NCBI GenBank assembly: GCA_963719035.1
Contig: CAVRAO010000002.1
Location: 480,001-544,000 of the forward strand
Source of the DNA: Methanobacteriota archaeon
GTDB taxonomy: Archaea > Halobacteriota > Bog-38 > Methanoflorentales > Methanoflorentaceae
Reading direction: 5' to 3'
DNA: 64,000 nucleotides
Shown here piece after piece: positions 41,841 through 51,866 of this stretch. Below the pieces are notes generated by a model. It made no database searches, was not told the DNA's origin, and worked only from the letters and a program-made list of their open reading frames with translations. The position numbers and the translations under genes are program-made. Position 1 is the first letter of the stretch. Each line of letters starts with the position of its first letter.

Positions 41841-42056
41841 TTATTCTGCAGCGCCTTTTATGCAGTAGTAGTAACCGCTGAGTGTGTGTTCGATCGACAC
41901 AGGACAGCTATAGCACACGCATCCCTTCATCTGAGGTGTGTTTTCGCTCTTGCCCATAGCGCAAAACACGCGACCCTTAAGGTTGTTCTGCGAATAGGTG
42001 TGGCAAGTCATGCAAATGCACTTCTCCTTGTTTTCGGGAGTCATCGGAACCTTCAT
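41841..42056 (-). CDS. DUF2769-type Cys-rich protein
   Basis: CICMTCHTY...FCAMGKS...GCVCYSCPV...YYCIKG. Confidence 0.8.
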   Translation of the reverse strand: MKVPMTPENKEKCICMTCHTYSQNNLKGRVFCAMGKSENTPQMKGCVCYSCPVSIEHTLSGYYYCIKGAAE

Positions 42057-42305
42057 TCGGCTTCACACCCTCTTGACCTTTCGCGTATCAAACTGTAACA
42101 ACTCAAAGCAAAGAGGGGTATTTTGCATATCGTATAGAATCCTGTCGAAATTTCGTTTCAATGCGACTTGGATGGCAAAGGTGCTTCCGTTGTTATTCTG
42201 GAAGAACTCTGGAAAACGCTTAAGCATTCGATACGTTACGGGATATTCATAAGATACCTTTTTAGGGCAACGCAAGTTTATCATTACGTATAAGGAGGTC
42301 AGGAA

Positions 42306-43268
42306 ATGATTAAGGAGATCACCGCACGGGAACTAAATATCGATGGCTTCATCAACGAGAAGATCAAGGAGATCAAGGAGATTGTCGGGGATGGAATGGC
42401 GATCAACGCCCTCTCCGGAGGAGTTGATTCGTCCACAGTCACAATGCTCGGGCATCGTGCCCTAGGGAACCGCCTAAAGACCCTATTCATTGACAACGGC
42501 ATCATGCGCGAGGGGGAGGCAGGACAGGTTGTGGGCCTCTTCAGAAATCTCGGTGTCAAGGTTAAGGTAATCGATGCGCGCAAGGAGTTCTTCTCGGCAT
42601 TCAAGGGAATCACTGACCCAGAAGAGAAGCGTGAAGCTGTGACCCAGACCTTTTACCGGGATATATTCGGACGCATAGTCAAGGAAAGCGGTGCGAAACA
42701 CCTCCTTCAGGGGACTATCTTAACCGATGTCGATGAGACAATCGCGGGGATTAAGCGGCAACACAATGTCTTCGAGCAACTGGGAATAGACCCGGAAGAG
42801 GCTTTCGGCTACCGCATTATCGAACCGCTTATTCAGCTTCGCAAAGACAGTGTTAGGTTAGTAGGCAAGGCCCTCGGTCTTCCCGCGGAGCTTTTCGAAC
42901 GCATACCGTTCCCGGGGCCGGCACTCGCGGCACGTGTGATAGGAGAGGTAACCCCAGAACGTATCGAAACGGTTCGAAAGGCGACTAATGTCGTAGAGGA
43001 ATTGTTAAAAGACACCGGTGCATTCCAGTATATGGCGATCCTTCACGAAGATCGTGTTACCGGCATACGCGACGGCAAGCGTGACTTCGGCCAGCAGATC
43101 GAAGTTCGCTGCTGGAACAGCATCGATGCGCGCACCGCGACACCAACCCGACTTTCCTTTGAAATTCTCGAAAATGTCGCCGGGGAGATTATCAGCAAAG
43201 TGCCCGGCATTGTCAGCGTCACTTATAATATTACCTCCAAACCACCCTCAACGATCGAGGTCGTCTAA
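42306..43268 (+). CDS. GMP synthase ATP-pyrophosphatase subunit (GuaAB)-like paralog
   Basis: PP-loop ALSGGVDSS, TDPEEKR, QGTI, IKRQHNV, PFPGPALAARV, ITSKPPSTIE. Confidence 0.85.
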   Translation: MIKEITARELNIDGFINEKIKEIKEIVGDGMAINALSGGVDSSTVTMLGHRALGNRLKTLFIDNGIMREGEAGQVVGLFRNLGVKVKVIDARKEFFSAFKGITDPEEKREAVTQTFYRDIFGRIVKESGAKHLLQGTILTDVDETIAGIKRQHNVFEQLGIDPEEAFGYRIIEPLIQLRKDSVRLVGKALGLPAELFERIPFPGPALAARVIGEVTPERIETVRKATNVVEELLKDTGAFQYMAILHEDRVTGIRDGKRDFGQQIEVRCWNSIDARTATPTRLSFEILENVAGEIISKVPGIVSVTYNITSKPPSTIEVV

Positions 43269-43288
43269 TACCCGTTGAGGATTCGCAA

Positions 43289-44638
43289 ATGTCCGACCTA
43301 TCCATCTCCCGCTCCGACGACCCCTCCGCGAACGCCGCCACCGTCTCCCCCGACCGCGTCCGCGCTGAGTTCCTCCACGCCTGGAACGGCTACAAACAAT
43401 ACGCCTGGGGCCACGACGCGCTCAAGCCGCTGTCCAGGACCTACTCCGACTGGTACCAGACCTCCTTGCTTATGACCCCGGTCGACGCCTTAGACACCAT
43501 GATCCTGATGGGCCTGACCGCCGAGGCGGCCGAGGCCAAAGACTTAATCCTGTCCCGGCTCGACTTCGACCTCGACATGGAGGTCCAGCACTTCGAGGTA
43601 GCCATCCGCATCCTGGGCGGCCTTATCTCCGCCCAGCAACTCGACGGCGACCCCCGCTTCCTCGAGCTCGCCATCGACCTCGCCGACCGTATGCTTCCCG
43701 TCTTTGGCTCCAACACCGGCATGCCCTACCGCTTCGTCAACCTCAAAACGCACAAGACCCGCTGCCGCTTTACCAACCCCGCCGAGATCGGCACCAATAT
43801 CCTCGAATACGGGACCCTCTCCCGCCTCACCGGCGACCCCAAATATTTCGACGCCGCCAAACGAGCGATGGTCGCGCTTTATCATCGCCGCTCGCAGATC
43901 GGCCTAGTCGGGTCGATGATCGACGTCGTGACCGGCGGGTGGATGGTCAAAGAGAGCCACGTGGGTGGTAGAATCGATAGCTACTACGAGTACCTTTTAA
44001 AGGGCGCGATCCTGTTCGACGACGCCGAGCTTTGGGCTATGTGGCAGGACACGATCGCGGCGATCAACGCCCACGTGGCCGACGAGACCAGCGGAGGGCT
44101 CTGGTACGGCCATGTCAACATGAAAAATGGCAAGCAACGGGCCACGGCCTTCGGCGCTCTCTACGCCTTCTTCCCCGCTGTCCTCGCCCTGGGCGGAGAC
44201 CTCAACCGCGCCGCCCGCCTCGAAGACTCGTGCTACAAGATGTGGACCCTCTACGGCACTGCGCCCGAACTGCTTGACTACAAAACCATGAAGGTCGTCT
44301 TAGGCTCCTACCAGCTCCGGCCCGAGATCGTCGAGTCGGCCTACTACCTTTATCACTTCACCGGCGACGAGAAGTATCGGCGGATGGGTGCGACCTTTTT
44401 CAACACCCTTGTCGCACGGTGCAAGACCGACGCAGGCTACGCCGCCCTCGCCGATGTCCGCACGGGCGTCCAGACTGACGCGATGGAGAGTTACTTTCTG
44501 GCCGAGACCATGAAATACTTCTACTTACTATTCGCCCCGCCCCAGGCCTTCGACTTCGAGAAGGCCGTCTTCAACACCGAGGCCCATCCGATTTGGAAGA
44601 AGAGTAGGCGAGTAGCGGAATGTTTAATGAAGTGCTGA
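43289..44638 (+). CDS. Glycoside hydrolase family 47 (class I alpha-1,2-mannosidase)
   Basis: AWNGYKQYAWGHDAL, FEVAIRILGGL, DSYYEYLLKG, LRPEIVES, MESYFLAETMKY, FNTEAHP. Confidence 0.93.
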   Translation: MSDLSISRSDDPSANAATVSPDRVRAEFLHAWNGYKQYAWGHDALKPLSRTYSDWYQTSLLMTPVDALDTMILMGLTAEAAEAKDLILSRLDFDLDMEVQHFEVAIRILGGLISAQQLDGDPRFLELAIDLADRMLPVFGSNTGMPYRFVNLKTHKTRCRFTNPAEIGTNILEYGTLSRLTGDPKYFDAAKRAMVALYHRRSQIGLVGSMIDVVTGGWMVKESHVGGRIDSYYEYLLKGAILFDDAELWAMWQDTIAAINAHVADETSGGLWYGHVNMKNGKQRATAFGALYAFFPAVLALGGDLNRAARLEDSCYKMWTLYGTAPELLDYKTMKVVLGSYQLRPEIVESAYYLYHFTGDEKYRRMGATFFNTLVARCKTDAGYAALADVRTGVQTDAMESYFLAETMKYFYLLFAPPQAFDFEKAVFNTEAHPIWKKSRRVAECLMKC

Positions 44639-44881
44639 GAGGGTGTCGATCTGCACTTGAAAGGTCACACAGCATGAATCAGTCAGTTATCATTACAGCA
44701 CCTTGCTCAACGGAATGCTCACCGGCTAGTTTCCCGGCAGGGAGCAAAAGAATCCGCTGGCCTATCACGACGGCTTGTTCCGTGCTTACCGCAGCATCAA
44801 TGCACCTCACTCACGGTCCCGGTCAAAGCGTGTAAGTATCTGTATGAAAAAGACTTGCAGCAAACCTTAAGGAGGACTATA

Positions 44882-45145
44882 ATGCCTAGAGTGGTTCATT
44901 TCGAGCTGCCTGCGGATGATCCAAAGCAGGCGGTCGCGTTTTATGAAAAGGCGGTTGGCTGGACCATCACCAAGTGGGGAGGGCCCTTCGATTATTTGCT
45001 AGTTGCCACAGGACTCGATGACGAACCGGGAATCAATGGTGCGATAACACCGCGCATGATGGCTGAGCAGGTCACCACAGATACCATTGGCGTCGAATCC
45101 GTGGATAATTCACTGAATTTCGCGAAACGCGACGGTAGTAATTAA
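44882..45145 (+). pseudogene. VOC/glyoxalase family protein, C-terminally truncated
   Basis: MPRVVHFELPADDP...FYEKAVGW...GINGAI; ends before the usual DPEGN-type C-terminal motif. Confidence 0.7.
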
Positions 45146-45245
45146 CGCGCTTGTTATCGCAACCGAGCCGCCTAGATAAACCAGAACAGTAAGCAAAAAG
45201 ATAATAAAGGAACGTAACAAACCAAAGCGATGGTTAGAATAAAAA

Positions 45246-45353
45246 ATGAAACATTGCGAAAACTGTAAAAAACGAGAAAACTGTGACTTCCCTGAAGACT
45301 TCCGCGAACTAACGTGGCGTCGGCATGGGCATTGCAGATGGCGTGAAGAATAG
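45246..45353 (+). CDS. Possible 35-aa Cys-rich microprotein
   Basis: MKHCENCKKRENCDFPEDFRELTWRRHGHCRWREE*; too short for the ORF track. Confidence 0.35.
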   Translation: MKHCENCKKRENCDFPEDFRELTWRRHGHCRWREE

Positions 45354-45477
45354 AAGGATTATTGAGATAGCGGCTGACGATTAACCTTTCAACGCACGCA
45401 CACATATTACGACAGCCGACGCCGACACTGAAAAATTTCTTAATATCGCCGAACTGTAGCTGCCGCTGTGTTTTCGT

Positions 45478-45882
45478 TTATCTCTGTTTCGTATCGCTAA
45501 GGCAATTCGCTCCGTTTTTTGCTCTATCAGGCTTGCACTCTTGGCCGGGGAACAGCCCTTTAAAACGAGCAACTGGCTTTTCTGGGTCGGATATACAAAA
45601 ACTCAATAAATAGTAGTCTTCAGTTTGACTAACATCATAGCTTTCAATGCGTAGCGGCAACGTTTCCTTATCGTGCGAGAAAATAGCTTCTCCTCGCTCT
45701 TTAATAGCTATTTCATTCAGCCTATCTATTTCAGCGTCCCACTCGGCTTTGTTCTCAGGTGACTCCTGTGCGACTTCTTTAAAGCGCTTTTGAAGATATG
45801 TAGTCGCCTCTTTAGCCAGCTGTTCTAAAAGGGCCGTGCGAGCTTTTACTTTGATATCAGTCATGCGTCTAAACGTTTCCAT
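45478..45882 (-). CDS. Hypothetical protein
   Basis: 134-aa ORF with GAGGT RBS, downstream of small RHH-like genes. Confidence 0.6.
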   Translation of the reverse strand: METFRRMTDIKVKARTALLEQLAKEATTYLQKRFKEVAQESPENKAEWDAEIDRLNEIAIKERGEAIFSHDKETLPLRIESYDVSQTEDYYLLSFCISDPEKPVARFKGLFPGQECKPDRAKNGANCLSDTKQR

Positions 45883-45885
45883 GAC

Positions 45886-46002
45886 CTACCTCTCTATCTC
45901 TCCTCTATTGAACGCGTCTTTATGCTTCTCTAAGCAGGTCTGGGCCAACCTGACTACATCATCTTGTGAGAGTTCTTGCTTCTTGGCGCCTATAAAGTCC
46001 AT
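45886..46002 (-). CDS. 38-aa partial duplicate of the upstream RHH-like ORF
   Basis: KQELSQDDVVRLAQTCLEKHK versus KQELSQDAIVRLALACLERHK. Confidence 0.45.
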   Translation of the reverse strand: MDFIGAKKQELSQDDVVRLAQTCLEKHKDAFNRGEIER

Positions 46003-46175
46003 ATTTTTTCAACCTCTTGCTTGTGCCGTTCTAAGCAAGCGAGTGCTAGCCTGACAATAGCGTCTTGTGACAGCTCCTGCTTCATGGCTAACTGTATCTC
46101 GAGCTTGAACATTATTAACCATTCTTTTGTGTCTTTGGAGACAGTGATAGTTGTTTTGTCTTCAACACTGACCAT
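45990..46175 (-). CDS. Ribbon-helix-helix-like DNA-binding protein
   Basis: KTTITVSKDTKEWL...SQDAIVRLAL pattern. Confidence 0.6.
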   Translation of the reverse strand: MVSVEDKTTITVSKDTKEWLIMFKLEIQLAMKQELSQDAIVRLALACLERHKQEVEKIWTL

Positions 46176-46385
46176 AGTTCCACCAGCCTTTACAATATTG
46201 TAATGCTAGACATTACTAAAACGGCAGTTTTTAAGTTTGGGATTTAATCCTGCAAAGCGGCCGTCAAGCAGTGCAATGACAAGGACGTGCATGAAGCATA
46301 TGCAAACGTGCACTTTTAGGATTTGTGGCGCATAACAGTATTAGATCGTGTTAGCTGAACGAATTTGAAAGGAGGTGACAGAAGA

Positions 46386-46568
46386 ATGACAACAAAAACT
46401 CCTACAAAAGTGGTGACTATCGAGATGGCCGAGCACGTCTACGAGAAAATCAATGATCTGAGGGGGGTCGTCACTATAAGCGACTACATACTCGAGCTGA
46501 TTAACGAGCATCTCAAGAAGCAGAAGCCAATCCCACCAGAGGTCGTTGACAGGGCACTAATCGATTAG
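46386..46568 (+). CDS. Ribbon-helix-helix/CopG-like protein
   Basis: AGGAGGTGA RBS; VVTIEMAEHVYEKI...TISDYILELI. Confidence 0.65.
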   Translation: MTTKTPTKVVTIEMAEHVYEKINDLRGVVTISDYILELINEHLKKQKPIPPEVVDRALID

Positions 46569-46727
46569 ATGGCGATCTGTGGCTTATTCTTCTAACAAGA
46601 ACTGCTCGTGGCCTACTTATGTATTGTTCAAAGCCCATCTCTTTAAGGATGCGGCCGCATTGTGCAACTACCTGTATTAGCGCTGAGATGCATTCTCACG
46701 CTCCCGCAATACCACTTATGCGCGTCG

Positions 46728-47165
46728 CTATGGGTTCTTTACGACAACCACGGGTACCTTAGCCTCACGTATAATTTTATCAGTAACACTGCCAATGAAT
46801 AGGCGATCCAGACCTTTACGTGCGTGCGCCCCCATAATGATGAGGTCAATCCCGTGGCTTTCAGCATATTCGGCTAGTCTCTCTGCAACAGAGCCATCGA
46901 GCATCTTAGTGACAACACGTTCTCCTCTAACCCCGCGCGCAGTAAGCTCTTTCTTAGCGTTAGCGACAATCTCCTCGCCTTTACTGAGCAGGGTGTAGTA
47001 CATGGTCTCCCCCCGGGTACTCGGATACGTGGTACCCCACGCGTCTAGAACGTAAACCGCATGTACCGTTGCATCCGCAAGTTGCGCCATGTAAGCACTG
47101 TGATCGTAGACGGGTCCCATAAGTTCCCCGCCGTCAGTTCCTATTAAGATGCTTTTGTATTCCAT
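46728..47165 (-). CDS. Universal stress protein (UspA family)
   Basis: YKSILIGTDG, DLIIMGAHARKGLDRLFIGSVTDKIIR. Confidence 0.92.
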   Translation of the reverse strand: MEYKSILIGTDGGELMGPVYDHSAYMAQLADATVHAVYVLDAWGTTYPSTRGETMYYTLLSKGEEIVANAKKELTARGVRGERVVTKMLDGSVAERLAEYAESHGIDLIIMGAHARKGLDRLFIGSVTDKIIREAKVPVVVVKNP

Positions 47166-47178
47166 AGAGTTCACCTCA

Positions 47179-47274
47179 TTAGACCGCTGATGCCGCCTCT
47201 TCAAAAGCCCTCCCCACAAAGCAACTTCGCAGAGAGAGTGACACGAGCACGAGCAGAACAATCAGTCGTTTCAT
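47179..47274 (-). CDS. 31-aa signal-peptide-like ORF or gene remnant
   Basis: GGAGGTG RBS; MKRLIVLLVLVSLSLRSC... Confidence 0.35.
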   Translation of the reverse strand: MKRLIVLLVLVSLSLRSCFVGRAFEEAASAV

Positions 47275-47884
47275 CGTCAACGTCACCTCCTCAGCGGCAG
47301 CATGTGCGTGCGAACCTCCCGCTGTAAAAACTGCTTAATATAACGCACTCTTGAGATAAGGATTGCTGTGATTCTATACTGCAGACGGTCCCGTCTAGCA
47401 AAGCTGAAGCTGTCACTAGCAACTTAGCGTGCAACGACCTCTTGCACCTGTTGAAGCCATTGGCAACGTTGATCTTCAGTACTTGTCACCGCCACACTAA
47501 ACATTTCACGGTAGAAAGTGCTAACGCCGCACAGGTCGAAAATGCAATTCTTCCACAGGAGTTCTGATAACCCGCATTGAGGATAATATTATTAGTATGC
47601 CACAGATGCACCCACTTAGAAAAAGCAAAGCGGCATCAAAATAAAGAGGTAACGCATGAGCGACGCCACTAATGCGAAAGGAGCGAAGATCGGTAAGCTA
47701 TTTCAGACGATTACGGGGGGCGTCCATTTATGTTTCGAATTGTAGAGGGTAGGTAATATATGGACGACGCTTATAGGAGTAAACCCATGATACGATACGC
47801 GCGCAGCGCGCCCGATATACTAAGCAAAGCGACGAACGCGCCATTATATCATTAGGTGATACATGTAAAACCGAGGGCCTGAAA

Positions 47885-48271
47885 ATGGCTATTAACCTAG
47901 ATAAAGCCGGAGCGAAGATTATGAAAACGTTTAGACGTAGCGATATTGCCCGCGATAGGGACAGGTATAAGGACAATATCGCCTGGTGGATGAACCGTTA
48001 TGAGACGCTAATTACGACCGAGGCGGAAGACGTCGTACGAAACGCGGTAACGATGTTAAACGACGCGGTCGCTCTGAGGGATAACGCCGTTAATTTACTC
48101 GCGCAACTCGATAACGACGCTATGGAAGTGGAGCGCGAAATAACGCGCTTGGGCGGGATCGCGTTTATTGAACAATTACAGCCGACGATCAAAGAACGAA
48201 AGGTATACCTCGATAATTTGTATGAATCGCTCACGCGAGGGCGGCCCGCAGAGAGATGGGAAAATCCGTGA
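47885..48271 (+). CDS. Hypothetical coiled-coil protein
   Basis: 128-aa ORF with heptad-like helices. Confidence 0.55.
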   Translation: MAINLDKAGAKIMKTFRRSDIARDRDRYKDNIAWWMNRYETLITTEAEDVVRNAVTMLNDAVALRDNAVNLLAQLDNDAMEVEREITRLGGIAFIEQLQPTIKERKVYLDNLYESLTRGRPAERWENP

Positions 48272-48432
48272 TTAAAGAGGATATAGCCGCAACGTGGGCT
48301 AGTGGGACTTTAGGATGCTAAAAAGAGGCGTGAAACTGCGCGACCATGAGAAGTGGGTTAGTTCTTAGTCTTGTCACACACTGGGGCTAAACCCGGGGTT
48401 GCGTAATTTTTAGGCAAACGGGCCGCTATGTC

Positions 48433-48618
48433 ATGGGTTTGGCAATGGCAAAAGAATCAATTCTATTCAACGACGAAAACCGTGATGCACAACTAGCTAT
48501 TGTCGTAATTTTAGGGCTTATTCTTCTGTTTATGTATCCCCTCGCTGCTGTGTGCGGGGCGATTATTATTGCAGTACCGTTTATTATCACATGGGCGTTG
48601 GGTAGTTGGCGAAATTAG
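48433..48618 (+). CDS. Small two-TM membrane protein
   Basis: Two hydrophobic helices. Confidence 0.5.
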   Translation: MGLAMAKESILFNDENRDAQLAIVVILGLILLFMYPLAAVCGAIIIAVPFIITWALGSWRN

Positions 48619-48873
48619 TGAAATGAGTGGTAGTAGCGGCTTAATATATGTGAAAACCCCAATTATCGCGTTATGAAAAAAAGGTTGTAGCTGCGAGACG
48701 AGCAAAAAAAACACAGGTGATTAACTGACTAAATTGCATGACCCTAGAGGGGCAAGTCACACAAATTAGGCGAGAAGTCACCAGAGCGATGCAATCTCTT
48801 TCGGATTATGTATATGAAGTAAGATAAACAATGGAAAAAGAAATCTTAATACTCTGTAACCTAATTCCATACT

Positions 48874-49935
48874 GTGATAGATGCAGAACCTCTAATAACC
48901 GTCATTATCCCAACGTTTCGCAGGCCGAAGTTGTTACGAAGAGCGATCTTAAGTGTACTAAACCAGACGTTTTCAGCATTTCAGGTATGCGTATACGATG
49001 ACGCCTCAAATGATAATACGCAAAAAGTTGTGACTGAATTAGCGGAAACTGATTCAAGAATCAAGTATTACTGTCACGAACAAAATATAGGCGCGGGGGC
49101 AAATTTCAATTATGGACTAAAAGAGGTGAACACCCCTTTTTTTTCATTTCTCAGTGATGATGACCTACTTTTGCCACATTTTTTTGAAGTGGCCATGCAG
49201 TCTCTCAGCGCTAATCCTGATGTCATGTTTTATGCAGGGTTGACCATCCAAGTTGAAGATAACAAGATCATCGGTATTTACAAAAACGGTGGTTGCTTTG
49301 GATATTTTTCCCCTCCTGATAGTCTACTAGACATATTAGATCATCAATTACTGTGGAATTCGATTGTTTTCAGATCAAAGGTTCTGGATTGCGTTGGCTT
49401 AATAGACATTGACGTGGGTGGACCAGCAGACATAGACTTTGAGTTCCGTGTTACAACGCATCATCCAGTTATTATCTCAAATGAACCGAGTGCAATTAAC
49501 ATGCTGCACACACAATCTTTCTATGCCCTTTCGTCTGATTATAGACTATATCTGCCTGGGTTCAAACTTATCATTAATAAAATGATGTCAGACGAATCTC
49601 TCTCCTTAGATACCAGGATTCAAATCAAGAATAGACTTAATGCGTGGGTAGCTAACTTTCTTATAGCGATAGCAGAGCGAGCAAGCCTGAAGGGAGAGTT
49701 TGACAATGTCTCTGCTATTGCGGAAATACTGAAGCGTTTCTGCAATAAAAAAACGACGGCCCTTCTTCTTGTTGGCCGATTAAAACTGAAAAAATCAAGT
49801 GAGCCAGCCTTTTTTTTAGTCAGTTGGATAGAACGGTGGTTACGGTTTATTTTTCCACTTAACATAATAAACAAGATAAAACTCAAACAGCTTCAAAGGA
49901 AATATGGAGAGTATTTGCGCTACCTTGATACGTAA
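48874..49935 (+). CDS. Glycosyltransferase family 2
   Basis: VIIPTFRR, SVLNQT, YDDASND, FLSDDD; visibly AT-rich. Confidence 0.9.
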   Translation: MIDAEPLITVIIPTFRRPKLLRRAILSVLNQTFSAFQVCVYDDASNDNTQKVVTELAETDSRIKYYCHEQNIGAGANFNYGLKEVNTPFFSFLSDDDLLLPHFFEVAMQSLSANPDVMFYAGLTIQVEDNKIIGIYKNGGCFGYFSPPDSLLDILDHQLLWNSIVFRSKVLDCVGLIDIDVGGPADIDFEFRVTTHHPVIISNEPSAINMLHTQSFYALSSDYRLYLPGFKLIINKMMSDESLSLDTRIQIKNRLNAWVANFLIAIAERASLKGEFDNVSAIAEILKRFCNKKTTALLLVGRLKLKKSSEPAFFLVSWIERWLRFIFPLNIINKIKLKQLQRKYGEYLRYLDT

Positions 49936-49954
49936 CTAGATCTGCTTCACGAAT

Positions 49955-51073
49955 ATGAAAGAAGATGTACCCTTGGCCCACGCGGGAATGGCGGCGCAAT
50001 TTGACCTCCAAAAACAACATTATGCAGAAGGAAAAGTCTTCACCCTCCAAATCGAATCAACCCTCCGATGTCCCCAATTATGCAACTATTGCTATGCAGG
50101 AAGCGCCCTCGAGAGCCCTCAAGGGCTATCCTCCGCAACTATTAGGCAGCTATTAGACGCTGCGGCCGCTTTGAAGGTGCAGATGATAGATTGGGTGGGA
50201 GGAGATCCCATTATGCGGAGGGACTGGGAGGCCCTCTGTACCTACGCCACTAGCTTAGGTCTAATTAACAACATCTGGACATCGGGCATCCCTCTCGCCA
50301 AACCGGGGGTCGCGGCAAGCGCGGTAAAAGCGACCCAAGGGGGTTTTATCTCGACGCATTTAGATTCGCTCGATCCGGAACTTTACGGGATTTTGCATGG
50401 CGGGGAAAAATGTCGCGGGGATGCACGTAATATCGGATTAATCCTGAAAGGCATAAACAACTGCTTGGCAGCGGGGAAGGACCCTGGAGGGATGGTCAAT
50501 TGCATCACCTATACGACTCCATTGGCCGCTGGAGACGCGCGGGCGACAATCGCCTATTTTCAGGAAAAGTTCGGCATCAAGACTTGCGTCACATTATTCA
50601 ACCCAGCGATCGACCGCATGGAAAATAGTTCTTGGGAGCCGACCAACGCCCAGATAAAGGATATCTTTAACTTCCGTGACCGGGTAAATTACCCGAACGA
50701 CCCCTCGTGCGGGCCTATGGATGTTTCGAAATTTTATTGTGGAACGCTTGTGTGTATCACCGCTGGGGGGTGGGTGGTCCCTTGTTCCGTGATCCGGACA
50801 GAGGAGTTTGGAAACGTGAATAAAGAAGAATTTTTAACCATTCTGGAGCGCGGGAGGCGGAGGCTCTTATTTTTAGATTTCCGGGATCCTGCCAAACTCC
50901 CTGGCAATTGCAGCAGTTGCTGCAATAATTCCTTTTGTTTCGGGTGTCGGAGTAGCGCCTACTATTATGCTGGCGACTTAATGGCCGCAGACCCCAAGTG
51001 TTTTCAATATAACCAATGTTCCACGACAAAGAAGGATTCTGATTCACACGGATGTAAGAGAAAGGATGAATAG
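49955..51073 (+). CDS. Radical SAM protein with a SPASM-type C-terminal domain
   Basis: CPQLCNYC, GGDP, C...GxVxPC, CSSCCNNSFCFGCR...DPKC. Confidence 0.9.
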   Translation: MKEDVPLAHAGMAAQFDLQKQHYAEGKVFTLQIESTLRCPQLCNYCYAGSALESPQGLSSATIRQLLDAAAALKVQMIDWVGGDPIMRRDWEALCTYATSLGLINNIWTSGIPLAKPGVAASAVKATQGGFISTHLDSLDPELYGILHGGEKCRGDARNIGLILKGINNCLAAGKDPGGMVNCITYTTPLAAGDARATIAYFQEKFGIKTCVTLFNPAIDRMENSSWEPTNAQIKDIFNFRDRVNYPNDPSCGPMDVSKFYCGTLVCITAGGWVVPCSVIRTEEFGNVNKEEFLTILERGRRRLLFLDFRDPAKLPGNCSSCCNNSFCFGCRSSAYYYAGDLMAADPKCFQYNQCSTTKKDSDSHGCKRKDE

Positions 51074-51866
51074 ACAATATGACTTCAGCGTTAACGACGT
51101 GAGTGCCGTTTACGCTGGACCAGGCGGAAAACTGTGGGAACTCTTAATGGGTGAAGAGATCCACGTCGGTGGGGCCGAACAGACAGATTATTTAGCAAAG
51201 AAAGTCGGCATTGATGGGAGCACGGATCTCATCCTCTTAGACATATGTTCTGCCCTCGGCGGTCCTGCCCGGCACCTGGTCGAAAAATATGGCATCAGAG
51301 TCGTCGGAGTGGACATCACACCGGAAATGATCGCAGAAGCCCAAAAGCGAACCATGGGTAAACCCTTCAAGGACAAGATCGAATATCGCGTTGGTTCCGC
51401 CCTCGACTTGCCCGCTCATGCGAAATCTTTTGATGTCGTGTGGGGTCAAGACTCCTGGTGCTATGTCAGGGACAAGAAACGGCTCATCGACGAAACGGCA
51501 CGAGTACTCAAGTCCGGTGCGACTTTGGCGTTTACGGATTGGATTTGGGGTTCGGTACAAGCCCCCCCAAATGAGGCGGATTTCCTCATGGCGTTTATGG
51601 TATTTCCCGATTTGCAGACCTTAGATGGATATGCAAATTTGATTCGGGCAGCAGGATTGAAATTAAACGAACAAGAAGACCTGAGTATTGATTTCGCGCA
51701 GAATATGGATCAATACTTGGTTACCCTAAAGAAGAACAAGGGGAACATCATTGCAGACTTTGGCAATGATCTGTATAATGAAGCGGAAAAGGGCATAATA
51801 GCTTGGAATAAGGCCGCCCACGAAAAAAAAGTTGGGCGAGGACTCTGGATTGCAACTAAAACGTGA
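51066..51866 (+). CDS. Class I SAM-dependent methyltransferase (N-methyltransferase-like)
   Basis: IHVGG, LDICSALGGPAR, VGVDIT, FDVVWGQDSW. Confidence 0.88.
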   Translation: MNRQYDFSVNDVSAVYAGPGGKLWELLMGEEIHVGGAEQTDYLAKKVGIDGSTDLILLDICSALGGPARHLVEKYGIRVVGVDITPEMIAEAQKRTMGKPFKDKIEYRVGSALDLPAHAKSFDVVWGQDSWCYVRDKKRLIDETARVLKSGATLAFTDWIWGSVQAPPNEADFLMAFMVFPDLQTLDGYANLIRAAGLKLNEQEDLSIDFAQNMDQYLVTLKKNKGNIIADFGNDLYNEAEKGIIAWNKAAHEKKVGRGLWIATKT

